Of a stretch of DNA of 64,000 nucleotides, positions 12,801-26,000 are shown in pieces. Position 1 is the first letter of the stretch, and the number at the start of each line of letters is the position of its first letter. This DNA comes from Bugula neritina. Lineage: Eukaryota; Animalia; Bryozoa. The notes below the pieces were generated by a model. It was not told the DNA's origin, searched no databases, and worked only from the letters and a program-made list of their open reading frames with translations. The DNA lies in NCBI GenBank assembly GCA_964035545.1, contig OZ037765.1:3100001-3164000 (forward strand), written 5' to 3'. The position numbers and the translations under genes are program-made.

Positions 12801-15800
12801 AAATCATGTAGAACTCAGTTTGATCAAACTCATAATTGTTATGAATAAAATAGAAAAGTTTGTATTTTCTTCCAAAACTATAAATAATTTTTTACCTGGA
12901 GGTGCTGATGGAGCTAAAATAAAACAGGAAATGTGGTTCTATTGCAATGATTTCACTAGTGGCTGGTCACAGTGTTACACAGGTTATTGATTTTTCTAAA
13001 GCTATTAGCAAATTCAAACAGTATAAAAGTCAATTTAAAATCCGGTAAATTTTATTCTCAGTGTGAAAATCTTTCAAGTGCAGTTTGAAGTGACATAATG
13101 CTGAGTCCATTACTCTACTTACTGCTAGACGCTGCCTTCTTCTTCTGAGCTGCCGGAGACTTCCTGCGTCGCATGCTGACCCAGAGACCGATGAATACGA
13201 GGGCGAGTACCATCAAACAGCCAATCACTATCAGCACAATGGCGTAAGTGGGCAGACCTTGCTTCTGATTCTGAGTACCACTACCTAACAGCCAAGCAAC
13301 ATTTGAAACTCAAATATAAAGAAATATTAGAAATGAGAAAAATGAGAGAAAGATTTCAAACAATCAAACTAAGCTAAACTATATAAAATAACAAATTATT
13401 AGCCAAGAAATGACACATATAGTTAGTTGATTACACAAAGATTTTAGTTACATAGAAAAGTGTTAAGGAAATAAATTTAATAACTAAAAGTAAAAAGATA
13501 AAACTATGACACACTTTAGAGTCTAGACACATTACCTGTAACTTTCACTTCATCTATTAGTAATTAAAATAATCAACATAAATAATAACAATAATAAGAA
13601 CCCTAGTAAAATAAACATGTTGAGAATCAAATCAACTTATTGAGACTAGCGGAATTTAAAATTTAACAAAAATCTTGTAAACACACAAAATATTAGGAGA
13701 AGTATTTAGCTATTAGCTTTAGATCCATACCCTTAACTGGAGCTCTTGTAGTGGCTGTGGCTACAAGAATACAGAAAGAGTTAGTTGAGTGTCATGAACG
13801 TATGTTAGCAAATCTATAAAGCCATGCAAAGGCAATCATCTCAACTCCTCACACAAATATTGCTAATAGCCCTAAAATATAGAAACTCTAATATCTAAGC
13901 CGATTTCTATAATGGGAGCACTGAGTCCCCCACTCCATCTTACAGAGTAGGTAAACCTCAAATATTCCCAACTGTTTCATACTAAAAGCAATACTAAGTG
14001 AAATGCCATGCACTTTTACACCTACATTATTAGTAGTTCTCAATTTTCAGGCAGCCTAGAAAACACTACATGGAGGTAAAAATGTAGTTCCAAGTTTTCC
14101 CATGTTATGACATGAAACTTATGATAAAGATCTATAAAAACAGGATTTTAAAATGAATGCACAGATTAGGATAGAAAGTTAGAACCGTTAGATTTATCAT
14201 CTGGTGGGGCATTCAAAACTAGAACATGCAACAACCTATAAATGCAGCCATGAGCCATGCCAATGGAGTTTGAATTGAAAAGAGCCGCAACTCAAAATAT
14301 ATTTTCCACTCTCGGAATCATTATTCTCCCTTCCTTTTACACATTCAAATGGCAAAGTTGTTCCATCATCAGTAAAAAGGATCCGGAAATTTAAAACCAA
14401 ATGAGATTTGTGGAGGTGCTAGAAATAGTATTTTGAGTTGCAGCTCATAAGAGCGGTGGAGCAAGATCATACACGTCAAGGAAGTGTATGCATAACAGAG
14501 ATTTCATTACCGGAAGTGATTGGCGTAGATGGAGTAACTTTGGCGATTGGAGAAACTAAAATATAGATCAGTTAGCCGAGCTACATGGTCCGACTTAAAT
14601 GATGGCAAACAGAAATTGAAAACTAATAAAAAAACTTATCAAACACTGTTCAAAAACTGAGGTAACCTGCAGATATTCTTGGTAAATAAAACACCTAAAT
14701 AGATAGAAGAGATCAAAGTAGTATGAGCATTTGTATACAAGAGAGCGGCCATAGAAATGTTGGCAACTTAGAACTTTCAGGAGCTTCACAACAGTGATGT
14801 AGTTATCAGCTGCTTTACATTGCTGGAACCCAGGAGCTGGTCTAGTGGAACACCGGGCCAAATAACAAAGTAGAGCAGCTGTTCCAGAAAGCACAGTCAA
14901 GGTACGACAGAGAGCATACAACAAGCAACCGAAAGTAAGCAACAAGAAAGTTGTACAGTTTGTTGAGAAAAACAAGCCCTTGGCAAGAAGATTCCACCAA
15001 TGCAGCCATTGAGCTCTACTTACTATATACTTTCACATTGGTTTCTAGAGTGGTTGTTAGGTTAGTGTGAGTGTTGAAAGATCGGCAGATATATGTTATT
15101 ATCTCTTCGTCAAAACCAGAAATCTATAAATAAACAAATTTGTAACTAGAACGGAGAAAATAGTAGAAATATAAATACAAAATGGCGCATCTAATAAAAA
15201 GGTTAAAAACTTACGTGATTAAAGACGGTATTTTCAACAGGTAAGGTTTTGCCAGTCTGAGAGAGTTTATTCTCAGGTAAAACAGAGCCTGTGTACCATT
15301 CATAGGAGACACAGCCATGACACTCCAGCGAGCAATTGATGTTCAGAGTGCTTACTGAGGCTAAGTTCCATTGCAGATTAACGTCAGTGTGAGGGAGTGG
15401 ACCAACTACAGGCAAATATACATCACATTACTGAGCTACTTGTCACACCGAACTTATTGAATAATTCCCTGCGTTTCCATTACGTCTGCATCATATTATG
15501 CAATGGATGCCCATACTCATGAATTTATTTGCAGTGACTTATAGTTGTGATTTTATTCCAAACAGCAATGAAAAATCCATTCACAGAAGCTTAGAAATTG
15601 AGTGAAGGTAATAGTTTACTCTTCAGGTAAATGTTTCGACACTTCAGCTTCACAAACATCAACAACGAGGCATCATTTGTTTGCTGCAAGACAAGCAGTA
15701 CTCACAATACACCTTCATCCTCAGCTCATTAGATTCCGCCAGTGCGGACATGTGATCGTACACTTGGCAGAAGAGATACTCTCCGTGCATGTCGCTAGTC

Positions 15801-17612
15801 GCCTTAGTGGTCCAGGTGAGAGTGGACGTTGCCTCAGCACTATCGTCCGTAATGTTCGTAATGGCGGGTGTGTGTGTCAACTCTGACGTACTGATAACTC
15901 CTTTGGGAAAGCTGAACCTGAGCTTAGGCGGGGGTCGCGCTGTCGATGTGCAGGTGTACGTGACGTCATCTCCTACTTTGGGTGTGTTGACACTCGAGGG
16001 CAGTGTCTGGGTTACGGTGGGTTTCGATGGTTTTGCTGGAGTAAACAAGAGGAATAGCTTTGATGGAAGTACGGAACTTTTAACATTTGTACACTAAGAT
16101 TATGGCCACATTGAGCAGAAATTTGCGTACAAAACTGTCTGAGTGGAACTGTGAAACTTGAGTGGCTATTGGTATTGGTCGATGATTTGGTTATAAATAA
16201 GTTCATTTTGAAATGTCACTCAAAAATCTTAATAATACGCTGTTTTCAATAATGCACAATCGATTGGAATAAAAACATAAAACTGAAATTCTAAAACTCA
16301 ATAAACAGTCATCAACATTGTTCACTCAGCAATTTGACTACATGAAATATACACAAACACAAATTTTCGTTAGCAGGCTGTGCAAAATTCTACAGCATGT
16401 GGCCTCAGGCCAAATGACGCAAGTTATGAATCATATACTTACCATAAGTTCGAATATCAAATTCATCTTCCTTACTGTACGAGCCTGTGAAACTACTCCA
16501 GCTACACTGAAGTGTTAGGGAGGGTAGGGGCCCTATTTGGAAACGCGCGCTCAGTTGGTTGTACAAACATGATTGGCTGTTGGGAATCAAAAACCCGGCA
16601 TCGCTGACGTATTTTTGTTCTGCGGTAGTATCACTTTTGCTATAGCACCTCAACTAAAACAAATTTGTTTCATTGTCATTTTTAACTTTGACAAGACACA
16701 CTTAAATTTTGATAATTTTTAAATAAACACCAAATAGTTTTAAAACAACATAATAAAAGAGGCACAACTAAAATCTAGTAAATTTAACTTTGGGCGTATC
16801 AAATTCAAAAACTTGCGTGAGTATCAAATTCGAAAATGATTATATTTTATACGTTGTGACTGGCACGTAAAATTTCAATGATTACAGGGATAATTTACCT
16901 GCAAATTTGTCACAGAGCTGTTGATAAAATTTAAAATATTTGCCCATTCTGTGCCAGTCTGAGAATAGGTAGCAGTACATCTGAAGTCTATTTGATTATT
17001 CTCTTCTATGGCTGCAGGGGAAGTTAACTGTATCCCATAACTATCCAGTACGGTTATACTAGATGTAACTATGTCAGCCCCACCTACACAAACACAATAT
17101 CCATAGTCAAGATGAAGTAGCAGTTTAAATGAATAAAACTGCTTTTGATCTGAACATTGATTCATTCGGAAGCTACAGGTAAACTTGCACTTGGTTATTA
17201 GAAAACTTGATACTTCATCTTTCCACTGCATAGTAATCAGTACATTGTAAGAATACTTCTAGAAAATATTAGGGCAAATGTTGAAAAAAAATATTAAAAG
17301 TCATCCCCCAACCTTACATAATAGATTCTTATTGTCTCTTAAACTCTTGTCATAAAAATATCTCTCTAATACACATATTCCTATGCTATAGGTATATTCA
17401 ACAAATTTTTAGCTTTTTAACCATAAAAACAGTAGGTGGAAGACCTAAAAACAAAGAGTTGTTGAAATATTTTTCTAAATTCAAAATTTGGAAATTTAAA
17501 GTCAATAGGTGAGTAGGTCATTACATTTAGATTGCCTAAAAAATTTGCATACATAAACTGAACACTTACCAAAGCCAAACAAGCAAAGAGAAATAAGACA
17601 TGAATAGATCAT
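3878..17612 (-). CDS. Type I transmembrane immunoglobulin-superfamily receptor (signal peptide, 3 Ig-like domains, TM, Tyr-rich cytoplasmic tail), ~534 aa, 12 coding exons
   Basis: Exons (minus): 17612-17570 (MIYSCLISLCLFGF); 17083-16899 + 16653-16443 (Ig1: IDFRC..EW..LQCSW); 16035-15706 (Ig2: VTYTCTSTARPPP..GEYLFCQV); 15405-15215 + 15123-15024 (Ig3: INCSLECHGCVSYEWY..TYICRS); 13760-13731 (TTATTRAPVK stalk); 13284-13123 (TM YAIVLIVIGCLMVLALVFIGLWVSM then RRRK); 12913-12896; 12171-12138; 10431-10335; 4081-3878 (stop). All introns GT-AG, phases match, total 1605 nt, phase-1 introns at domain borders. Confidence 0.88.
9508..9648. mobile_element. MITE-like palindromic element (family A, copy 1)
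   Basis: Terminal inverted repeat ttctagaagcagctc / gagctgcttctagaa, with nested arms (agttggggg/ctccaact; gggtctcaagttt/aaacctgagaccc). Non-coding, intronic. Confidence 0.75.
14282..14446. mobile_element. MITE-like element with 18-bp terminal inverted repeats (family B)
   Basis: gagccgcaactcaaaata ... tattttgagttgcagctc (one mismatch) around a non-coding interior, in the intron after Ig3. Confidence 0.65.
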
Positions 17613-18039
17613 TCTTGAAGCCTGAGGTCTCCTTAGTATGTCACAGAAGAGGTTAAATATGCAGTAAGTATTTTCTATAACTGTCTCCTGCCAGTTATAC
17701 TTCTGCTATTTGGCCTATAATTATAGTTTACTGATAGAATGAGCATTGGACAAACGGAAGAACTAGAAATAAAAGTCTATTTCCAAACTCTAAACCCTAA
17801 ACTAAAAATGAGTATAGACTACAGGAAACCTAACATGTATTTACTACAAATAATAACCAAAATCATTGTGATTTCGGAGTTAGTTTGCTATGTAAAAGTT
17901 AGCAAGAAAATAAAATTTAATTATACTTATTGATGGATATTCACTTTCAGCAGTACTAGTATAACCCTTTACATTAAAACAAAAAAGTACATTGACAATT
18001 TTGACTTTTGTGATCATCGTTGTGGTGGTCGTACACTAA

Positions 18040-18500
18040 TAAAAAATATAATCAATTAACTAAAACTGTAAATCTTAATGATAATAATATATCAATATGA
18101 ACATCACCATATCAAAAACAGAATACAGATACGCATGATCATGATGATGATGAACATCAACATTACTAGTAGTAGTATTACTCATTGATTATCATCATCA
18201 TGATTAGATTGAGATTCAGATTGAGAATTAAATTTGACTACTACAACTCAGGTACATAGTCATTTAATTACCATTACTATTAGACTTAGTATAACTAATA
18301 GAGTAATACTATAAGTATTACTATCACTATCACTATGAGTATTACTACTACTACTAGTACTAGTAGTAGTGACACTTGTACTACGTCTTAGTCTACGACT
18401 ACTGTACACTCACACTGTACAGTGTTCTACTACTAGTAGTAGTACTAGTATTAACTTCAAGACACGTGTAGTGATACCCCATTCAACCCAAATAGAAGCG
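18040..18500. repeat. Degenerate triplet low-complexity tract (tac/tag/tga/cat)
   Basis: Mosaic of (tac)n, (tag)n, (tga)n and (atc)n, upstream of the 3-Ig start codon and next to a possible minus-strand donor at ~18511. Confidence 0.7.
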
Positions 18501-20581
18501 TGCCTACTTACTTAGTCTTAAGTATTGCATATAACAATAAGTGACTTTTATACTGTAAGGTTGGTCTAACTTTATATACTTGAATTCACTGCTAAGCCTG
18601 TTGCTGCAGCTTCGGTTGTTGACAAACTGATTCAACGTGAAGGGGGTGTGGGGCAAACAGAAAGTTTGTTTAGTTGTGGCTCCGGGTCGAAAAACACATG
18701 CACTGCAATCGGGAGATCAAATGCTTTCAACAATCTTCTTTAACAGTTAGTTGAATTCTAGTCTATAGAGGTGCGGTTTGCTTCTGTTGCAGTACCGCCT
18801 ACTTTTGCTACACTTTCGGAAGGATAACCCCACAGTGAATGATGTTCGCTTGACATAAAATAGTATTTACAGACACAATATTATACATACGCATGCATGC
18901 AAGTACGAAATAGAAGATTATGGTGAATAACACGCATGCACACACCACGCACATATTTAAATAATATATTCCCACAAACTAGTGACTTCATTAGAAATAA
19001 ATAAGTAGCATTTTATATGCTTGTCTATAGATTTATAACTTCTAATTAATATATGTATAAATATTTTAAACTTCAGACTTTTTGAAGCAATTTTATGTAA
19101 TTCATGTTATTTCTACAGATTTATAGCATAGCATCATAAAATTAGCTAAGATATTTTATTCATAGCTGAAAATCTAGCATCCGGCTTCTCCATGTACAAC
19201 AGGGCATAGGCAGCTTTGATAATACAACAACATAAATAATATAATATTAGGACAGCATTTGCCAATGCTTGCTAAAAGACAACTCCGAAATATTCTGGTG
19301 TGTGTTCATTTATTGTGAAGTCCATTCAGCTCTGCATGAATAAAATAATATTCTGAAGCCTCTTGTATGCAAGCTTTAGGAATTGTCTTCTCCTGAGAAT
19401 GCATTCTTATTCGAGATGCTTTTAACAACGTGCAATAAAATATGCATCAAAATCAACATGAATGAGTCAACTTGAGATAACATTAATAGGAGCTTGCTTT
19501 CAATATGATGGTTATTTGATTTTGCAAGTTGTGTCATTATCTGTATTTCAAATGTAATTTTTATTTATGCTAATATGAAATTTATACATATAAATAAATT
19601 ATAGCAAATTTATTGTGATATCACTGAAAAATCATGGAATATGTTTTTGAATTCTATGTTGACAAATTTATTCTAGGAAATAATACTGATAGCAATAATC
19701 TAGAATAATATAATGCTGTGTGCTCAACCAGTATGTCATAACATGTAAGTACACCTATGTGATAGAATAATTCTGTTTTGTGGATGTTGTGAGTTTAGAC
19801 TTCAATGGGTGTTTATGTAGTGCTCATGTTTTTATTATGAAAGCTAGTTATGTAATACTAAAGCTTATTTGTTGTTATGTAACCTTATACCATAATATGT
19901 ATTTTGCATTGTAGTAATTCAATGGTAGTTGAACAACTGAATACTAGGCTGTTTGTTTTATAACCTCCTCAGTTTAAGTCAGTCAGTAAAATTAGTGCTT
20001 GCTGCATAAAATATACAATATGTTATAGACTACAACAAAGTTCTTTTCAGTAGTATATTAATATAATTTAACAAATCAGCAATTTGCACACATATTAATA
20101 TTATATTATATGACCAGCTGTATCAAAACAAAAATATTACTAATGGCAATAAATTATTTCAAAACATACAATAAACTACCAGAAAACATTATATATATTA
20201 TATAACATAGACAATAGGGGTAAACAGCTTAGGAACTTCCAGAAAATTTTGTTTCATAAACCTTGAACAGCTCAAGTCTTAAAAATACAGCAATTTATAT
20301 TGATGAACAATAGTGGAAGTTTTAATGGACAATACAATATACACAAAATTGTTCTTCAACATTCTTCATATCGTTTAATGAGCATCACAATCACAATTTC
20401 GAAAATATTTAAATCGTGCAGTGATAATACTGTGATTGATATAAATAATAATGTAGGATAAATATTATGATATTTATAATACTGAAGTGAATGAAAAAGT
20501 TCCACTAATATTTGCTCTTGAAGCAAGTATAAGTGTTAAATATCAGAGTACTTAGGCAGCTAGGAGTTATGCTACCCAGAA

Positions 20582-23098
20582 CTAAGCTGCCGGGATAGTA
20601 ATATCAGTGCTCTGAGAAACGGATCTGGGTGTACGACGGCGACTTTTCCTCAGAAAGGTGATGGTGATGGCGAGAAGTCCAGACAGAACTAGAGAGACAC
20701 CACTGAACATGAATGTGTAGACATACTTTCCAGATATATCCCACAGCCATCCTACCAAAGGGAAATCTTATCATAGTGTATTATAGTATAAAAAATTGAT
20801 ACATTGGTGACACAGACTGCTTTTTTTACAGCTACAGAGAAAGATCAGCTGTAGAAAAAAACGTATCATGCTGTTATATTACTCGAAATGCTTCTCTCCT
20901 TGATTTCTTGCAATTAGTAAATTTAAAGTATTTCTCAAAAGAAATTAAATATGAATTATTGAAAATATACTTTAGTGTGGGAAACTTAAATATTTAATAA
21001 AAACAAATCATTTTCGGGCAATCTGAAAAGCACCACAGGTTACATAATGTAATTATTGGAGATATGCATTAAATAGTTCATACACAATAAATAAGAAAAT
21101 GGTGAAAGATTTTTTCTTGACTGATAATTGATTCTTCATCTAGTTTTAGATTTAAAATTTTAAAATTTATGAACACCAATGCACAATTTAAGTTAGCTTA
21201 TATGTGAACATTAAATTTTGATTTCAACATATATATCATTACTTAGCTGGGGTCTACCAAAACATGTTATTTACAGTCAATACTCGCAATTACTGCATAA
21301 AGTAATTATAAGATATATACGTACCGCCAATAGGTGGGCCACATAGACCTGCTATACCTTGGCCAAACATCAGTAAGCCATATGCACTGGTGAGTTGATG
21401 CAAAGAGAGAATCTGTACTAAAACAACAGTCTCTAAGACGTAATTAGCGCTTGTGAGCAGACCAAACACGGAACTAAACGTAGCGAGAGCTGCGTATGTC
21501 TTCATGAGCCATAAAGTAGAAACTAACAGCCCGCACAGCAGAATGCTGAAGCCATATAGCACAGGTGTATTAACAAATGGCAAATCTCCAAGGTACCCAA
21601 ATAAAACAAATCCTACTATACCCACAATTCCAATGATGGATATGAGGAAAGATGGCCTCTCAATGCCCAACGACGCAGCGTAGTCAGGGAGGAACAGGTA
21701 TGGTACATCATATGCACATGAAAGCATAAAATTCGAAATGAAAAATATCAGATATACTGGAATGGTGAGTAATCGAATATCAAACATTTCCTTGGCAATA
21801 GAGCGGAGAAACTGAAGCAGACGTCGAGATTTGGATGCTGTCAGTGGACTATTATCTTTTGGCACAGAGCTCTTTTCATTGAGCTCTTCAATTTCAGCAG
21901 ACAGTTGAGGACAACTTGCTGATCCATTATTAAATGATGACCTAGCTGAGACTGGAGCCAGGTTTTGGTGACTGAGTAACAACAGGTTACGCCCTGAACG
22001 CATAAGTACAAATTTGGATGGCAATTTATTTACTTGCACCACATTTTCAGAAAAAACGCCTTCTGCATCATTGTAAAGTGTGTTTGTGGATTTATGATGT
22101 TGATTTTTAGTGTCTTCATCTACTAAGGATTGCCTTTCCTCTATCAGTCCATTTAGTTTTTCTTCAATAGTGTTTTTGTCATCCTGCACTGAGTGATGAG
22201 AACATTTTTGAGGTAGAGATGTAAAGAATTCCGTAGTATTGTTATTGGGTATACTTTCTGGCGCATCCAACTGAGGCTTAGCTCTAAAGAGAGCTCCAAA
22301 TACAACCAGGTTCAGTGTTATAGCAGAAATGATGACCAGCGTTCCGCGCCATCCATATTCATCAAGTAGAAACTCAATAAGTGGTGCCATGACAAAAGTC
22401 CCTAAACCCGAGCCTGCATTTGATATTCCTGTAGCCAAGCCTCTTCTTTGCTCAAACCAAAATGAAGAGATTATTGAAGATGGCACGTATACAAAGGCCA
22501 CACCAAAGCCTGCAACAACTCCATAAGTTAACGTCAGCATCTGAATAGAGTTTACAAAAGAACTGAGAAAAAGGCCAAGTGAAGTAATTATGGCGCCAAG
22601 GATTGTAGTGACTCTGCACCCAAATTTTGTCACACAAAAACCTGCTAAGGGGCCACATATAAGAGGCACGCCAACAAATAAAGCACTGACCCAAGAGGTT
22701 GCAGATTTTGAGCTACCAAAGGCATCTACAAAGTGGGGATACATGACACCAAAGGTAAATACAATGCCATCAACAATAAATTGGCACATGAAAGAAGCAA
22801 AAGTAATGACCCAACCATAGCCACCATCTCGCTGTGTAGGCTCAAAAACACCATCTGGTGGTACAGCTTTGCAAACTTTATTTGGCGATATTCTGTCGCT
22901 ATCTGGTAAAATTTCCTGAGGAGCAGTAGCTTCTAGTGGTATTGGTTTATAGCTACCATCTGCTGGTTTTAGCCCATAGCCACCGTCTGGTGATAGGATT
23001 TTATGAGCGAAATCTGGAGGTGTTTTTGAGGCATTTAATTTTTCATTCCATGTTGATGCTTTGTTGCTGTCACTAATGTCATCTTTTTCAGTTTCCAT
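20582..23098 (-). CDS. SLC16/monocarboxylate-transporter-family MFS permease, 2 coding exons
   Basis: Exon 23098-21325: TM1 signature DGGYGWV, KFGCR loop, YGVVAGFGVAFVYVPS, WFEQRRGLATGISNAGSGLG, YGWRGTL, long central loop, LTSAYGLLMFGQGIAGLCGPPIG. Phase-1 intron. Exon 20751-20582: GWLWDISGKYVYTFMFSG...stop. Confidence 0.93.
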
Positions 23099-26000
23099 TT
23101 TTCTTAAAAGTTTGATATGCTCAATTAGATAGCTTAGTATTTATTCTAGTATTATTAACCTAATTACTGAAGTGTTTAGTTCTTTTATTAAATAGCAATG
23201 GATTGTGATTACTGTTGGAGTAAGATCTGCAGTGTCTGAGATTAGTTACACTCCTCATCTGATTTCTTCTTACTATTAGAATACAACAATTATAATTTAA
23301 TATAAATAATATTATTAACTTCTTTATAAACAGTACAATGAACATCAGCCTATTGCATAATCTATGCAGTTCTATGCAAACTAACCAATATATTAAATCG
23401 TTTAAATATTGCTGCATTAGGAAAAAGTAATTTGCGGCAGCAATGATCACACTGCGAACTCCATGGCGTACACAGTGTGATCATAGGATCATACCAGAAT
23501 TGTTGCTATAAGAATAAAGCATATTAATGAAACTCCTTGCCAATGTAAAGAAAATTATAAATTTGCCGTTAACTCAAATAGTTTAGAGCCACTTTCATAA
23601 TTGTGCTTTTAAAAGAGTTTCTTTTTTGAATTACAATTCTCTTATGCAGAATAGTTTCAATTCACAATACTATGAGCAGTTGGAGCACAAAATAAATTGT
23701 TATACAAATAGATTATATAAAACTATGTTCTAATATTTACAATACTAACTTAATATTTAGTAGCCAACAATAAAAAACATTTATACAGCTAGTCATAGGT
23801 TCTTTAAAATTTCTAAGTAAACATAAATTTAATTTCAATAAAACATGATCTTAGGATGCTTAGAGGTGAGAAATAATGTTTGATCTATTATCAAGTTTTT
23901 TTTAGATGCAATCCATCAAACTTCATAGGGCAGTATAAAATGGTCAGATGCATATCAAAAAGTATGAAATTATGTGGATATTAGCATTATGCACTATTCT
24001 GTCCCATGCATCTCGATTAGCACATCAACCATGCAGTAATTAAAATGTAAATTGAAATTAATATCAACTTGTTTGACTAATGTGAGTTTTAATTATTTTT
24101 AATTTGCTTGCAAAATTCTTTTCATCTATAAATGATTTGAAAACCGTTTGCATTCAAACAGCTTCACTGTCTTGCATAGCTTGGGCTAGCATATTATTAT
24201 ATGCCTGCAGGGAGAACAAACATTGTTGGGGATTTTAAATAGCACCTTATCTTATTATCCTAAAATATTATTTTTCCTTTCAATAATATCTAGGTATCCG
24301 TGAAAGCTGTTGACTTAGCTCCATGTGAGACATTCAAAACACATACAATATGGCTGGAACTGTAGGAAATATAACTTAGATCAAGCATTGTGAAAAATGT
24401 TATGCTTTCTTTAGAAAAACATTAGACATAAAGAATTTTTATGCCTGAACAAATATTGCCAGCTATGGTGAGGGGAAAACTTGGAATTTATCAAGGCACT
24501 TGCTGAATTATATCATTGCACAACTTTAGTAATTAGCAGCGTTAAGAATTTACTTCAACATTATGCAAGACTAGGAATTCGGATTTACACTTACAGTAAC
24601 ATTATTTGCAGAGAAAATGTTAACACATGCACTGCTTAAGGTTTTGGATGCAGCAATAATTGCCTCAGCAAACAGGTTTATGTCCGGTTAATCTCCTCCC
24701 ACACCCAGTGGAGCAAACAATATCAAGGGCAGTGAAATGCAATTGAAGGCTGACAGTAACTCAGCAGTAATGTTAGTATAGCAGCATATAGTGCTATAGA
24801 TTTTCAATTATTATATCAGTTATTAACCTAGCAGCATTATTACAGGATTTATTGAATGCAATAGACTGTTAATGTTGAACTCATTAGGCCTTAACTTGAG
24901 GACACGGCCTTAGATAAAATCTGGGAATTATGAGGACACTCATTATGTATCTCCGAGTAGAGGTTGAGATGAATGACTCAGCATAATTGTAGAAGAAAGG
25001 TTGTTAATTAGTATACTGAATACATTCAACTATAGGGCTTATGTATATAATATATACATGTATATATATATTTTTTTTAATGCTTATATATAATTATTTT
25101 AATTAGTAATAAATTGGGCCATGTTGAATTTTATGTAGCTTATAAAGAAAAAAACACCAAGATTATTGTTTTTCAACTTGAAACTTTTAAAATTTTGAGG
25201 TTACCACGAAATGTAATCAAACAATTTATAGTGTATGCAAATTTTAGTTTTTGGAACACTGTAAAGATAGTATTTTATATGTAAATGAACTGCTAACAAG
25301 CACAGCATTACAAGAAATACTTGATAGTGTTATATGTGGAGAAAATACATACTCCTAGCTGTGAATGTTTCAATATAACAGTTGAATGGTGCATTGTTCA
25401 TCAGTATTCTAAACCATAACATGAAGAGAATAAATTTTATTGACCTAATACACTGAATGGAGTTAGTAGTCGCAGGCAGCTGATTGATGCCTGCACTTAA
25501 TAGCTGCTGATGCCGCAATTATTGATCAGTAGAAACTACACATAAAAAGCTGCTAGTTCACCAGTTGCATGGTGCCTTGCAAGTTGCACAATGTTATGCA
25601 AGTAGCCATCAGTGGATATAAATAGTCACGATATGCATTCATGAGATTCACACACTTCATGAACTGTCAGATTAGCACCCCAGTGGCAGCTAAGCTATGT
25701 AGATTGACATTTACAGACTGAAAAGTTATTTAAGCTGATATCATTTCATCACATCTACATGACTAATAAGTTTAACATAAAATCAAGATATGATTATGGG
25801 TATGTTTAAAATGAGAAAATGCATAAGTCATATCCCATAACTGTTAATATGCTCTGCAAAATGGCTGCTGTCATGGTGGATTCTGCTTAAACATCAGTTT
25901 AAAAATTGATTTACAAACAGGTGACATCAGTTGTGACTAATTGGAGCACCCCAACTGGCATATATACTTATAGTTCAGTGTCTATATTACAATGACATAG

